A stretch of DNA of 64,000 nucleotides from Macrostomum lignano (taxonomy: Eukaryota), in assembly GCA_002269645.1 (NCBI GenBank), contig NIVC01000010.1, positions 1,178,001-1,242,000 of the forward strand. The letters are read 5' to 3'. The notes under the pieces were generated by a model. That model did no database searches. It saw only the letters and a list, made by a program, of their open reading frames with translations, and was not told the DNA's origin. Position 1 is the first letter of the stretch; each line of letters begins with the position of its first letter. Positions 37,679 to 50,639 of the stretch are shown in pieces. The translations under genes and the position numbers were made by a program.

Positions 37679-40600
37679 TCCACCTATACTAAATCTCTAA
37701 GATTTGTATGCTTGCTTGCTTGCTTGTCCATCCATCCACCCCACCCCACCTATACTAAATCTCTAAGATCTGTTTGTTTTTCTGTTTGTAACGCTCTAGA
37801 AATTGCAGTTCTTGACCAATTTTGATCACATTTTCGCCAAAAGATTCAAAGTTGTTTGGAAAGAAGACAGTTAAAATTTCTTTAATCTGTTTCAATGCTA
37901 AAGGTATTAAATATTCGAAAAACGAGTTTTCCTAATGCTTTAATGGGACTCCAAACCAGGTTGAATTCTTGACTGGCTGAGTTCCAATTTCAAAAATGAT
38001 TGTGCCACAACTTTTCTCTCTTCACTGTGTAGGCCGCAATACTGGCTGCAGTGTGCAGGGGAGAGGAAAATACTCAGGGGATGCGTGTGTACATTCTGAC
38101 CCTGGCTGACTGGCGGACTGCATAGACAATTGCTATTTATAGATTTCACTCAACTGTGCATTGGCTCGGCCGAAGTGCCGTAGCATATATGGCTGATTTT
38201 GTCTCCCTCCGATCAATAGGCGGAGTAGCCGCGCTGTAGGCAGTAGGACTAGGTTTAGGCTAGGCGTAAGGTCCCAGGTTCGAGTCCTGGCCCCGGCTGA
38301 CAATTTAAGTTGAGATAATTCATTTATTGGTAGCCTGTGCATCGACTTTTTGCAAAGTTTTTTCATGAATAGCAATTAAAACTACACTCAGCAACAGTCA
38401 AAACCGCCACCCTACCGAGAGAGGCGACTTCTCTCTCACCTCAACTGCAACTGACATAACTTGCGCCACGGCGTGGCTAAAGCTGGGTGTGAGTGAATTC
38501 CAGGGTGAGAGTACAAAAGGGACTGGGGTTGGGGTGCAACAGTACACGTGACAATGGTCAGGCATATGACAGACGCTGAACGATGGCGCGCTGTTGGCAT
38601 GCTAGAAGCTGGTGCATCCATCAGCGCAGTTGCTCGCCAATTTGGCCGATCACGTTCAACAATTCGAGCGCTGTTAACGAAGTCCCAATATTCTGGTAGT
38701 GTTCAGCACGCAGCCATAGGCAGCCAGCGCCATGATCTCCGCGGCTCAACAGCCAGGGCAAATCGACGTCTGCTGTGGATTGTCAGGCAAACTCCGACCG
38801 CGCCAGCTACCCTGCTCCGTCTAATGTGGAGTGAAAGAAGCAGATAGGGCATCCCCTGCATCCCCTGATTGCCCTCTCCTGCATTCACTCTCACCCAGCT
38901 TTAGCCACGCCGTGGCACAAGTTACGTCACTTGCAGTTGAGGTGAAAGAGAAGTTGCCTCTCTCGGTAGGGTGGCGGTTTTGACTGTTGCTGAGTGTATT
39001 TTTATTAATTAGCAATTAATTATTTTTGCTACTCGGCACAAGCCAGTAAACAAATTTGATTTCTAAAAACGGCTTCGAGTATTACTGATCCCATCAATGG
39101 GTATTGCCTAGCTCAATGAAAGTATGAAATTGCTAAACTGCAGACGATGATAAGAGACTGCTGAAGGTATTGCTAAATGCTGAGTTGTGCAAAAGACTGC
39201 CGATATGCATCGAAAATGGATAAGTGAGCCATACAATGCTGGGCAAATTTCTAGATTGTTGAAAGAATCATTCATGCAGACCTTCCAGACTTATGAGTGT
39301 ATAGCTGCAAACTGCTGAGGGAATAACTATCTACATAGTTTTGTGTGGGTAATAACTGTGAAGGATTAAGTGCAAGTTGTGGGAATTACTGTGGACTGTT
39401 AAGTGAATTATTGTAGTTTGCTGAGAGGACAATTCTAGGCCGCTGAGGGTATAAATGCTTAATGTAACGTAGGCGTAAGGTCTCAGGTTCGAGTCCTAGC
39501 CGTGGCGGACAATTAAAATTGAATTTATTCACCTCGAGCCTAGACTAATTGCAACATATTTGCTTAATTAGCAAAACACACTTAATCAATTATTTTTGCT
39601 ATTCGGCGCGATTCGCTAAGCAAATTTGATTTGTAGAAAACTGCTTTGAGTACATGTATTACTGATCCCATCAATTTGTATATCGCCTAGCTCCATGAAA
39701 GTATGAAATTGCTAAACTGCAGACAAATCTGCAAAACTGCTGAATGTATTTCTAAATGCTGAGTTTTGCAAGACTGCCGATATGTATCGAAAATGGATTA
39801 GTGAACCGTACAAATTGTAGTCTTCTAAGGATACTGAGGAGCCGGCTGAGAGGAGAACTGCAGACTGCTGAGTGGATAAATGAGAATCAATTTTTTTTCG
39901 ATTGGAGGGGTAGTTCCTCCAGACTTATGAGCGTATAGCTGCAAACTGCTGAGGGGACAACTATCTACAGAGTTTTGAGTGGATTAAGTGCAACTTTGCT
40001 GAGGGGACAGTTCTAGGCCGCTAAGGGTATAAGTGTTTAATGTTCATGAAAGTTGTAGACTGCAAAGTGGATAAATGCAGACTGCTAAGAGATGACTGCA
40101 GTCTGTTTTGCGGCATTAGATGAAGGGATAATTTCAGGTTGTTCTGGGGATAACTGCCGATTTTTGGGGGGTTAACTTCAAACTGCTGAAGTTACTAAAC
40201 TTCTTGAATAGTAGAAGGTTTATTTCGACCATCTGTCAATAGGCACAATAGCCGCAGTAGGCAGGCAGTAACAGGCATAGACTGAAGGTCGGCAGTTCGA
40301 GCCTGAATTGAAGCAGCGAATTTATTTCTGTGACCTGTGACAATATTTACTGTCGCCTATGCAGATTCCTGCAGATTTTTAACATTTAATTTTAAAGGTA
40401 CTTTTGCTGGGTCTGTGTTAATCTTCTAGAACAGTGCTACTCTAATGTAAGTGCTAATTTACAGGAGGTATTAATAATCTGGGTGAGCAGCGCTAATCGG
40501 GGAGAGCAGTGCTAATCTGACGTACAATAAAGTAATAAATACGAGCTATGTAAGAGGATTGCAAATCAATTTCAAATAGTTTCGATTATTGAGAAACATG

Positions 40601-42464
40601 TAGATTAGTGGCCATCTACCCACTGATTGTGCGAAACAGTACTGGTGAACCATTGCTAAACTGCTGTTGAACCATTGTTAAACTGCTGGTGAACCATTGC
40701 TAAACTGCTGGTGAACCATTGCTAAACTGCTGGTGAACCATTGCTAAAGTGATGGTGAACCACTTTAATTTTTTTAATAAAAACTTCTTTTAAAGAGAAG
40801 AAAACTCAACGCAAGAAAAAGCGAAAATCACCCTGTCAACCATAAACGAAGCAGCCTGTCGAGCATAAAGGACTCATTGGGAATAGCTAAGATGTCAGGG
40901 CTGGTATGGTAAATTTCATTGATGTCAAGACTCATGGGAGAATTTCTGAGATGTCAAGGCTCAGGGGGAATTGTTATAATGATGTGCTTCTGGGAGAATT
41001 GCTGTGATTTCACGTTTCATTTGTGAAATTGCTGAGTTATAAAGGCTCATTGAAAAATTGCTTTGCTGTCAAAGCTCATGGGGATAATTACTGGAATGCT
41101 GTGGCTGTTGGGGGAATTGCCGAGATTTTTAGAGTAAGGTAAGGGTTAAACCATAAATGAATTGGCCTGTCAAACATAAAATACTCATTGGGGAATGTCA
41201 AGGCTCATGGGGGGTATCTGAAATATACTGTGGCTCAAGGCTCAGGGGGAATTGCTGTGATTGCAAAACATGGGGATATTGCCGAAATTCTGTGCCTCAA
41301 ATAGGAGTTGCTGAGATATCAAGACTCATTGGGGAATTGCTGAGCTGTCAAAGCTCATGGGGTATCCGTGTAATGCTGTACGCTGTGGCTCTTGGGGTAT
41401 TGCTGAGATGCTAAGGTTCACAAGGGAACGGCTAGGATGTCAAAGGCTCATATGGGAATTAATAAAATTCACGAAATGTCAAGGTTCATTGGGAAATTGT
41501 TGAAATGCTGTGACTCGACAGGGTTAGGGTCAGTTTTGGTTCAACCATAGAATAACCGCTCTGTCAACCATAAAAGACTTGCTAAGATAGAAATGCTAAG
41601 ATATCAAGGCTCATGGGGGGAATCGCTGAGTTACCAAGGCTCATGAAGAAATTGCTGAGATATCAAGGCTCATAAGGGATTTCTGAATTGTAGGGGAGAG
41701 GGGAGTTGGGTTGCTGGGATGTCAAGGCTTACTGGGCTGGGAGAATTGCCTAGATGTCAAGGCTCAAGTATAATTGCTGCGATGTCGAGACTTACTGAGG
41801 AAATTTTTGAGATGTCAAGGCTTACTGGGGAAATTGCTGAGATGTCAAGGCTTACTGGGGAAATTGCTGAGATGTCAAGGCTTACTGGGGAATAGCTGAG
41901 ATGTCAAGGCTTACTGGGGGAATAGCTGAGATGTCAAGGCTTACTAAGGGAATTGCTGAGATGTCAAGGCTTACTGGGAGAATTGCTGAGATGTCAAGGC
42001 TTACTGGGGGAATTACTGAGATGTCAAGGCTTACTGGGAGAATTGCTGAGATGTCAAGGCTTACTGGGGGAATTACTGAGATGTCAAGGCTCATGGGGGA
42101 TGGCTGAATTGTTGGGGGGAGGGAGTAGGTTTCTGGGCGATTGTCAAATAGTCAAGTAGTACGGCTAAAGTAGCTCATTTAGTTCAGATAATGAAAATGT
42201 ACACGTAAGTGATGCTAATTTCTGCTAATAGGAAATACCAGCGTATTTATTAAAGGTTTGATTCTCTGAGTTAGGCTAATAAAGAGGGGTCTAAGGCCGT
42301 CAGGGATTGGCATGTTAAGCTCCTGCGGACCAGAGTATAACTAGGCCAATGACGATACGCACTAAGAGTTTTGCTTGAAAAGATGAGCACTATTTGCTAA
42401 TTTAAAAAGGGAAAGACAAGCGCTAAACTGCTAAAAAGCCACCCGGAGGGGGCTAAATGGCTAG
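37679..42464 (+). mobile_element. Helitron type C copy (with 5' stub) ending in a type B 3' terminus
   Basis: A|TCCACC..TATACTAAATCTCTAAG starts at 37679 and ~37735; body parallels 19998-23992; ends GACAAGCGCTAAACTGCTAAAAAGCCACCCGGAGGGGGCTAAATGGCTAG|T. Confidence 0.7.
38385..38996 (+). mobile_element. Tc1/mariner deletion derivative with ~114-bp TIRs and N-terminal HTH ORF, nested in a Helitron
   Basis: TA|CACTCAGCAACAG..CTGTTGCTGAGTG|TA; ORF 38554-38847 MVRHMTDAERWRAVGMLEAGASISAVARQFGRSRSTI resembles the Tc1 paired-like DNA-binding domain. Confidence 0.9.
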
Positions 42465-43149
42465 TCCATCCATTTTTCCATTAAACTAAAAATGGTCTAT
42501 CGGTAGGTATGTGTGTAATCAATTCTAGAAAAAATGGCTCATCTTTTTTTGCGAACTTGCACTGTTCGATCAGAAATTTTTCCGTGACGGTACATGTGTC
42601 TTGGCTAAGAAATTGCTCAATGCTAAAGGGATTAAATATTCGAAAAATATGCTTTTCTGCAAAGGTCAAGCAGCTCTTTCGACTTGAAATGCATTGTAAG
42701 AATGCTAGAGAAAAAACTGACTGGTTGAATTCTGATTCTGAAATAGATTGCATCACAATAGGCTTTTTTATTTATTCAGTCTGTGTACTGGCTGAATTTT
42801 GACACTCAATTGAATTGCGTCACAGCGTTGAAAACGCAGTGTGAAAGCATAGCACAATACTTGATTTATATTGCGTAACCATATTGGTAACTTTATTAGA
42901 GACGGGTACTGACTTGCCTAAGAAATTGATTGTCATAACTGCTTCGTGTGACTTTTACTCTAACTAACTTGGTGTGATTGTTGAATTTATAAGTGCTACA
43001 AATTCACTTAATAAATTCGATGAGAGCTAGCCTAGAGGGGAACAGACTGGACTGCTAATGCAGCGACCTGGGATCGAATCTTAGTACTGTAATAAAAGTA
43101 GTGTAATTTTGTTATTGAAAGCTTTTATTAAAATATTAATTAAAAAAGG

Positions 43150-43370
43150 TCCTGGATTACTGCACTTGATAAACCAAGGATTACTGCACTTGATAAGCCA
43201 AGGATTATTGCACTTGATAAACCAATGGTTATTGCACTTGATAAACCAAGGGTTATTGCACTTGATAAACCAAGGACTACTGCACTTGATAAACCAAGGA
43301 CTACTGCACTTGATAAGCTAAGGATTACTGCACTTGATAGAGCAAGGATCATTGCACTAGATAATAAAAT
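43150..43370 (+). repeat. 24-bp minisatellite (AAACCAAGGATTACTGCACTTGAT)n
   Basis: Visible tandem array. Confidence 0.9.
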
Positions 43371-43509
43371 GATTCTTGCACTATCTTAGAAGCGGATAAT
43401 TGCGCTGGAAAAAAAGAGATTATTGCGCTAACTGAGACATGGATTATTGCACAACCTGAGAAAGCGATTATTTCATTAGCGGAGGAAATATTTGCACTAG
43501 CTACTTGCT

Positions 43510-44310
43510 GTCTAATGGATGCTTGCTATCTGGGGTATGCTTTGCTATTGTATCTGGGGGGTGCTTACTATTGGGGGATGCTTGCTCTCGAGGGGGAGGG
43601 GGTACTTACTATTTGGGAAAGGGGGTACTAGGATTCTTCGTATACAGGGATGCTTGCTATTTAGGGATTCTTGTTATCTGCAGGATGCTTGCTATCTGGA
43701 TGATGCTTGCTATCTGCAGGATGCTTGCTATCTGCAGGATGCTTGCTATCTGGATGATGCTTGCTATCTGCAGGATGCTTGCTATCTGCAGGATGCTTGC
43801 TATATGGGTGGATGCTTGCTATCTGCAGGATGCTTGCTATCTGCAGGATGCTTGCTATCTGCAAGATGCTTGCTATCTGCAGGATGCTTGCTATCTGCAG
43901 GATGCTTGCTATCTGGATGATGCTTGCTATCTGCAGGATGCTTGCTATCTGCAGGATGCTTGCTATATGGGTGGATGCTTGCTATCTGCAGGATGCTTGC
44001 TATCTGCAAGATGCTTGTTATCTGCAGGATGCTTGCTATCTGCAGGATGCTTGCTATCTGCAAGATGCTTGTTATCTGCAGGATGCTTGCTATCTGCAGG
44101 ATGCTTGCTATCTGCAGGATGCTTGCTATCTGCAGGATGCTTGCTATCTGCAGGATGCTTGCTATCTGCAGGATGCTTGTTATCTGCAGGATGCTTGCTA
44201 TCTGCAGGATGCTTGCTATTTGGAGGGATGCTTACTATTTTGGAGGATGCTTGCTATCTGGGTGGAGGCTTGCTATCTTGGGGATATTTGCTATCTGGGG
44301 AATGCTTGCT
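43510..44310 (+). repeat. 18-bp minisatellite (GCTTGCTATCTGCAGGAT)n
   Basis: Visible tandem array; explains the repetitive ORFs at 43505-44443. Confidence 0.95.
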
Positions 44311-44967
44311 GTCTTGGGGATGTTTTCTATTTAGGGGGAATGTCTGTATCTTTGTAAAATTCAGGTGGAATTTAGGGGGAATCTTTGTGAAAACTATATT
44401 TTGTTGTCTTTCTGTTAATTTAAAAAAAGTAAGAGATTCATAGCAAACATCTTTGTTCATGACAATTTTACTCGAATAAGGTGGTTTATAAAACTGAAGA
44501 AGGAATTGGTTCTTAAGAAAATGTGCTTTTTTAATTGTTTTATATAAATATTTTTGCTCCTTGCTTATTGCGCGCCCCGAAGGGGGGCACTAGATTGCTA
44601 GTAGCAATAGCTAAATTTAGATAGTTACAAGTGTAGACAATGATACAATCAAGTGTAGCCTAAATAAATGAACTTTAACATTGATAATAGCTTAGAAAAA
44701 GAGCTAATTGTCTTTAATTCTTTAGTATAGCATATTGGTGAATATCTAGATATCTAGATATATCATACTTGTTTCATGTCCATGTTGCGCTCCTATTGGC
44801 TGAAAGGCTTATCTGTTTGATAGTTCTGAATTAATGTACTGACCCATTTCAGTGTAAACTTGCTAACCAAGTAAATATCAAAAAAATTCAGAGACACCTG
44901 CAGCCACAAACTACGCTGTCAAATCATTTTGCTGCATACCGCTTTGTAGCAGTTCAATTTGTGAAAA

Positions 44968-46926
44968 ATGACGAACTTAATGTCAGTTAGTAATTGGCTA
45001 ACAGACTCCGCCGTCAATCAACCGCAAAATGTAGTACTAAATAACACATTCGCCACATCAGAGAGGGATTCCGATATATTAGACTATGAGATTACGAGCA
45101 ATGCTGTCATACCAACTGAGGCATTGATACCAATATTACCTACTCCATGCAACTTAGCAAACAATAGTACGAAAGACTCCTTAGCTGTTGCACTGAAAGC
45201 CATAGCTGACACTGAAATGCCTAAGCAGCGAATGCTCATAGCAGCTCAGCTTCGAGCTTCAACATACTTTGGTACATCTGACGCGCGACAATTGGTACAA
45301 ACAGGTAAGAGCAAGGTACTGCGGTACTACAACAACAGCACACCTGGTGGCAGAGCGTCATCCGTGCCGCAGACTCTGGACTTCCGCAATCAGCGATGGG
45401 ACACGAGTGGAATGCCGGCCTCGATTCCACAACACCTGTGGGACATGAGACGAGAGGAGAACAGGTGGCAGTCCTTCCACCTGCCGGATGCCAGCTTCAC
45501 AGCGGCTCACCTGGTGTCAGTGACGGATCTGGCTGCTGACGGATTCTTCTACCTGCAGGAGTCGGACAGAGTAAAGTGTGCATTCTGCAAGGGTGTGCTC
45601 AAGGACTGGGAGGCGGGCGAGCAGGTCCGAGAGGCTCACAGACGCCACTTCTCCACCTGTCCGTTCGTGCTGTTCGTCGAGGTCGGCAACGTGCCTCGAG
45701 AACACAGAGAGCCAGAAAGAGTCTTGATTTCAGCAAAGATAGTAGAGGCAGTGCAATGCTGTGATCAGACTGCAGATGATGCAGCAGTGATGGTGAACGG
45801 AGACTGGAGCATGAAGCTGGTCGCTGAGCTATCACCGATGGAGTTCGCTGGACTGAACGAGTGGGCACTGGCGACACGCGAAACTCGTGGACCGAATGCA
45901 CGACGCGTTGTGGACGACGAGCTGGTCGCAGTCGACATGATGAAGCGTCCTCAGCTTCCAGTGTCGAGCGAAGTAGCGAGATCTGCGTGCTCCGAGAGAG
46001 CTCTCACGAACCTGTCCGCTCTGCAGCACAGTCTGGAGAGTGATCCATCGAGTGTGACTGCCAAACACGCACAGTTCGAGACCTACCAAGCGAGGTCGCA
46101 GTCTCTGCACTCGGCTCTCGTTCAGCAGCCAGTGTACTTGCTTGCAAAGGCGGGCTTCTTCTACTCGGAAGCCGAGAGAGCGACCTGCTGCTTCAGCTGC
46201 GGACTTTGCATGAGCGAGTGGAGCTGCGACGATGATGTGTGGGTTGAGCACGCCAGGTGGTCACCTCGGTGTCCTCACGTGTTGTTGGAGCGAGGTAGCG
46301 ACTTTGTGCAGACAGTGCACCGACTGTCGCCTCCCGTGCAGCACCCGACTTGTGGCGCCTCTGCTCAGCGTCACGCTGCAGTGGTACAGACGGACTCAAC
46401 TGCATCAGCAGGTGCTGCGACTGTCGACGGGTCTGCAGTCCGCAGCAGTCGCGCAGACGAGGCTCTCGCAGTCACACCTGGAGTCGAGTTCAGAGTCGAG
46501 GCCAGAGACATCAAGGCGAGAGCCGACCTGCCCGTTGTGAGACTGCTCACTCAGCTCGGATTCTCCGCTCTGCAAGTGAGACTGTTCACAGAGCTGCATC
46601 TCAGACAGCGAGGCGATGACTTTGCCTCATCGGAGCTGTTCCTCGACTTCATGCTCACCGAGAGCCGCCGCATGCGCAAGCAGTCGCAGGACCCGGAGGC
46701 GTTCTTCGAGAGCAGGATGTCTCAGATTCGGGAGTCTCTGAACCAACAGCCGAGACCCCGAGACACAACCGACTGGAAGACGTGCAAGGTGTGCATGGAC
46801 AAGGAGGTGAACATCATGCTGCTGGACTGTGGTCACGTGGCCTGCTGCTCAGTGTGCGCCAAGTCGCTGAAGACGTGCCCCATCTGCAGGGCCTTCATTC
46901 GCGGCTCCCTATTTTTTCGTGAGTGA
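44968..46926 (+). CDS. IAP family protein copy 3, 652 aa (111-aa leader + BIR1, BIR2, UBA-like, RING)
   Basis: Intact single-exon ORF with the same domain motifs; leader homologous to that of copy 2. Confidence 0.95.
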   Translation: MTNLMSVSNWLTDSAVNQPQNVVLNNTFATSERDSDILDYEITSNAVIPTEALIPILPTPCNLANNSTKDSLAVALKAIADTEMPKQRMLIAAQLRASTYFGTSDARQLVQTGKSKVLRYYNNSTPGGRASSVPQTLDFRNQRWDTSGMPASIPQHLWDMRREENRWQSFHLPDASFTAAHLVSVTDLAADGFFYLQESDRVKCAFCKGVLKDWEAGEQVREAHRRHFSTCPFVLFVEVGNVPREHREPERVLISAKIVEAVQCCDQTADDAAVMVNGDWSMKLVAELSPMEFAGLNEWALATRETRGPNARRVVDDELVAVDMMKRPQLPVSSEVARSACSERALTNLSALQHSLESDPSSVTAKHAQFETYQARSQSLHSALVQQPVYLLAKAGFFYSEAERATCCFSCGLCMSEWSCDDDVWVEHARWSPRCPHVLLERGSDFVQTVHRLSPPVQHPTCGASAQRHAAVVQTDSTASAGAATVDGSAVRSSRADEALAVTPGVEFRVEARDIKARADLPVVRLLTQLGFSALQVRLFTELHLRQRGDDFASSELFLDFMLTESRRMRKQSQDPEAFFESRMSQIRESLNQQPRPRDTTDWKTCKVCMDKEVNIMLLDCGHVACCSVCAKSLKTCPICRAFIRGSLFFRE

Positions 46927-48469
46927 AGGCTGTTTTGTTTTTTAGCACTAGGTAAAACGTTGCACGAATTGTTTTCCATAGAAACAATAACTGTTGGATT
47001 TTTAGCGCATAATGGGGCGGAATCAAAGAGAAGAATAATTAGTGAGTTTTTTGGATCCTTACTTGCAGTTTTTTGCAGGCAAGTCATCTTCAAGTTGAGA
47101 CCTTGTCACAATTTATTATAACAAGTGTTTGATTTCATAGTCGCTTGGTCGCTTAATGACAATTATACTACTTTTTCAGTTTGGTTTTTTTCTATTCGTA
47201 TTCGTCGATCTATTCGTCACTTCAGATAGCAACAACACCATATTATTAATTTATCGCATCTATTTATAGCATTTGTAACATTAATACTTACATGAGTTGG
47301 TTTTCACCTTTCTGTGCAATAATATTTCTGCGTAATGTATAATACTATAATGCACTTGTAGTTTACTATTATTTAGAGTTTGTCATATGTACGTAGGATA
47401 AGCTTTTAACGAGTATTTAGACGTCACTGTGTGCACTAATTTAGTAGCATATTCAGTGCCTCATCTGTCGATGCAGCACCCGCACTTAATCAGTAACTTC
47501 TACACCATTTTACCTTTAATTTCATTCAAGCTCCAATTTACGTTGCACAATTGGAAGCTCGACTTTGACACTTCGAGAGCAGGAAAATTACATGAAAATC
47601 TACATTAATTTTAGACAAACTCCTTTTAATATCGACAGCAAGCACAACTTTGTATGGGGAAGAAAGTCTATATGTTGTTGGCACTGCCAAAACTCCTTTT
47701 CAATTTTGTCAAACTCCAATTCATATCGAAAAAAATTTGACGCAACTTCTATAAACTGATCAAAGTTCGTCAAAGTACGTCCAACATCGTTAATCTACAC
47801 CCACTTTCGTCGGGTTCCATTCCATGTCTTTAAAGCCGTTTATTTTCGGAGCAAAAAGGTAGCATGGCTAGAAGTGTCGAAGTTAAACTATGGCAACAAT
47901 ACGTGCCATTGTACGTGTGCATTCATACCCATGCGTAATCTGATGTGTTCATACTGAATATTGCCCTTTTTACAGTGTACTGCAACGCAAGCATTGAAAA
48001 ATGAACGTCATTATATGTTTCAGCCTAATACATCATTTTTAACCTGTTGCATATGCAGATTATTTTGCTGGCCTTGCTGGCCTTGCATCAAACGTTGCAG
48101 AGCGATATTGTTTATTTTTTGTATCTGCTATTGCTTTAAAGTTCTTACTGGCTTTTGTTACCAAATTGGTGTTTCTTATTTAAACTAAATGATTTCCTTT
48201 ACAGTAGTGTGAATTTCTGCTCACACGAACTGCTTTAAAGTCGATTTCATTCCTAAATTTATTGAAAATTGAGAAGCGTTTTGAGCAAATGAGGCCTAAT
48301 ACTCAATTTACCACTTAATCAAGGACTTGACCAAGTGACTGTCGATATAGCACAAATAAGGCTGGTTTACTTCACCCTTTTGTCAGAATATTCGCTGGTC
48401 AAATATTGCTCAAATCAATTTAAAATCAGTGTGAACCAACTTTATGTTGGCCTTTAGTCAAATCACAAG

Positions 48470-48960
48470 TACAAGTATAACTGTAGCCCAATTAGTCAGC
48501 CATAAAATCACGGGTACAATTGTTGCTGTACCCCAATTAGTCAGTCATCAAATCACAGGTACAATTGTTGCTGTACCCCAATTAGTCAGTCATCAAATCA
48601 CAGGTACAATTGTTGCTGTACCCCAATTAGTCAGCCGTCAAATCACAGGTACAATTGTTGCTGTACCCCAATTAGTCAGCCGTCAAATCACAGGTACAAT
48701 TGTTGCTGTACCCTAATTAGTCAGCCATCAAATCACAGGTACAATTGTTGCCGTACCCCAATTAGTCAGCCGTCAAATCACAGGTACAATTGTTGCTGTA
48801 CCCTAAATAGTCAGCCGTCAAATCACACGTACAAGTAACTGTACCCCAATTAGTAGGCCATAAAATCACAAATACAAGTAACTATACCCCAATTAGTCAG
48901 CCATAAAATCGCAGGTAAAATTGACAGTCTAGACCCAAGTATTCAGCCATTATATCACAG
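48470..48960 (+). repeat. 45-bp tandem repeat (CCAATTAGTCAGCCATCAAATCACAGGTACAATTGTTGCTGTACC-like), ~10 units
   Basis: Visible array, degenerate at the edges. Confidence 0.9.
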
Positions 48961-50639
48961 GTACAAGTGGTATTGGAATTTCATTCCATTGGAATTGGAA
49001 GACAATTGAAGGCATATACTAAAGATTTTTTCTGCTGCAAAATCAGCTGCTTTTGTGGTTTATCCTGCAAAATCCAATGTAAATCAAATCACTGTACATG
49101 TAGATCTCTGTGATTACGCAGTAACGCCTGTTCTGTAATTTTATAAATCGTGGATGAGAAGTCCAGTTTTTACGGTTTGATTGGCTGGGTTGATGGGTAG
49201 TATCCGATTTCGAACTGACTTGCCTATATTGATTAGGAAATTTTTACAGTATATCAAATACATGTAGCAGTATTTGCTCTATATTTATTGCAATATAAGA
49301 GTTCACTCCCTTCTCTAATCTCTCCTCTTTTCTCACTTCTCTCTCATCTCTCCTCTCTGCTCTCTCTGTGCGACCCCATATTCACAAGCTTCTTAATGTC
49401 TTCGCGTGCTAATAACTTATTTAACAAGCTGTTGAAACCCGCGGATTTTGAACCCGCTGAATTCCAATCCTTGGAACTGTTTTTGCATATATTTTAAATC
49501 TGAAGTCATATTTAAACAAACTTGTTAGGATAGAGGTAAAATGAAGCAAATTAAGGATAATTGAGGCGGGCATTGATCTTATCAGCTGGGGTGTTTCAAA
49601 CTCTGGCCTCTGGCTTCTGGCTTCTGCCTCTCCATCCCCGCCGGGGAATAGAGTCGTTTTTTTAGACGATTCCGCTGGGAAACGCATTCGTTTCTCCTTA
49701 AAAAACGGCCAAACAAAAAAACGTCTTTGGAAGTCGATTCTTTGGATAAGAATCGCCACTCAGAGCAGTATTTCTTGGCATTGTTTGGAAACGGCCAGGA
49801 AACAGCCGAAGCGATGGAATCGAATAAAGAATCGAAAAAATCGTCGTTCGATTCCTGGGTTGATTCCAAAATTTCTTTCGATTCTGTTCTCGCACAGAAA
49901 CGAAGCAAGATTTTACTTCGATTCCTGGGTCGATTCCAACCATTCCTTTGATTCTGTTCTGTACATTAAATATACAGGTTAATTATTTTCCTGCCCTTTT
50001 GGCTTGATTCTTTTGCTAGTTTGGCATGCTATTGCGTGCATCGATACCATAATTGGAATGTTCTAATCGTTGTCGCTGGTGTCGTTTCAATTTTCTGTTC
50101 TGAAAATGAGTGTTTGTGTTGTGTATTTGTCTGTACTGAGTGTATGAACTGTATAGAGCCTGGCATGCAGTAAGGGTGATCCTGTGTGTACCGTTGTTAT
50201 AGTGTCGTTAGATAGAAATACGTGTATAATCCCACCTGTTTAAATTCTGTCGCTCAGAAGCTCGTCAAATCGAACAGTGCGTGAGAAATCGTCGACTCAG
50301 TCCGTTTCCCTCCACTTACTCATGCATATACATGTAAATACTACGCACGAAACGAAGCAATGGGCCAATCCGGCCCAAAGTCCTGCGTAGGAAGCGGAGA
50401 AACTGAATCGCCATAAAAAGCAGTTTCCTGTGGTTGGAAACTGCGTAGGAAACGACTCAATATTTTAATTCGTTTCTTTCTTCGTTTCCGCACATTTAGC
50501 GTGACGAAACTGCCGAATTAAGCAGTTTCCTCTAGCACTGCGGAGACCACAGAATTTTGGTCTGCTTTAGTCCGTTTCCAGCAAAAAATGCTGCCGAAGA
50601 AACGTCCCAATTATCCACAGGGTCACTAAGGTCCCTTAA

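Larger units (their letters stand above)
42465..44601 (+). mobile_element. Non-autonomous Helitron type D copy 2
   Basis: Head homologous to 27989-28520 including the tRNA-like segment (~43020-43085); 3' GCGCCCCGAAGGGGGGC hairpin + TAGATTGCTAG|T. Confidence 0.7.

Noticed and set aside
43505-44443. Long repetitive ORFs over satellites (also 50557-51543, 52169-52831, 41882-42159, 48444-48716)
   Set aside because: Open only because repeat units are multiples of 3 or lack stops; no start context or domain.
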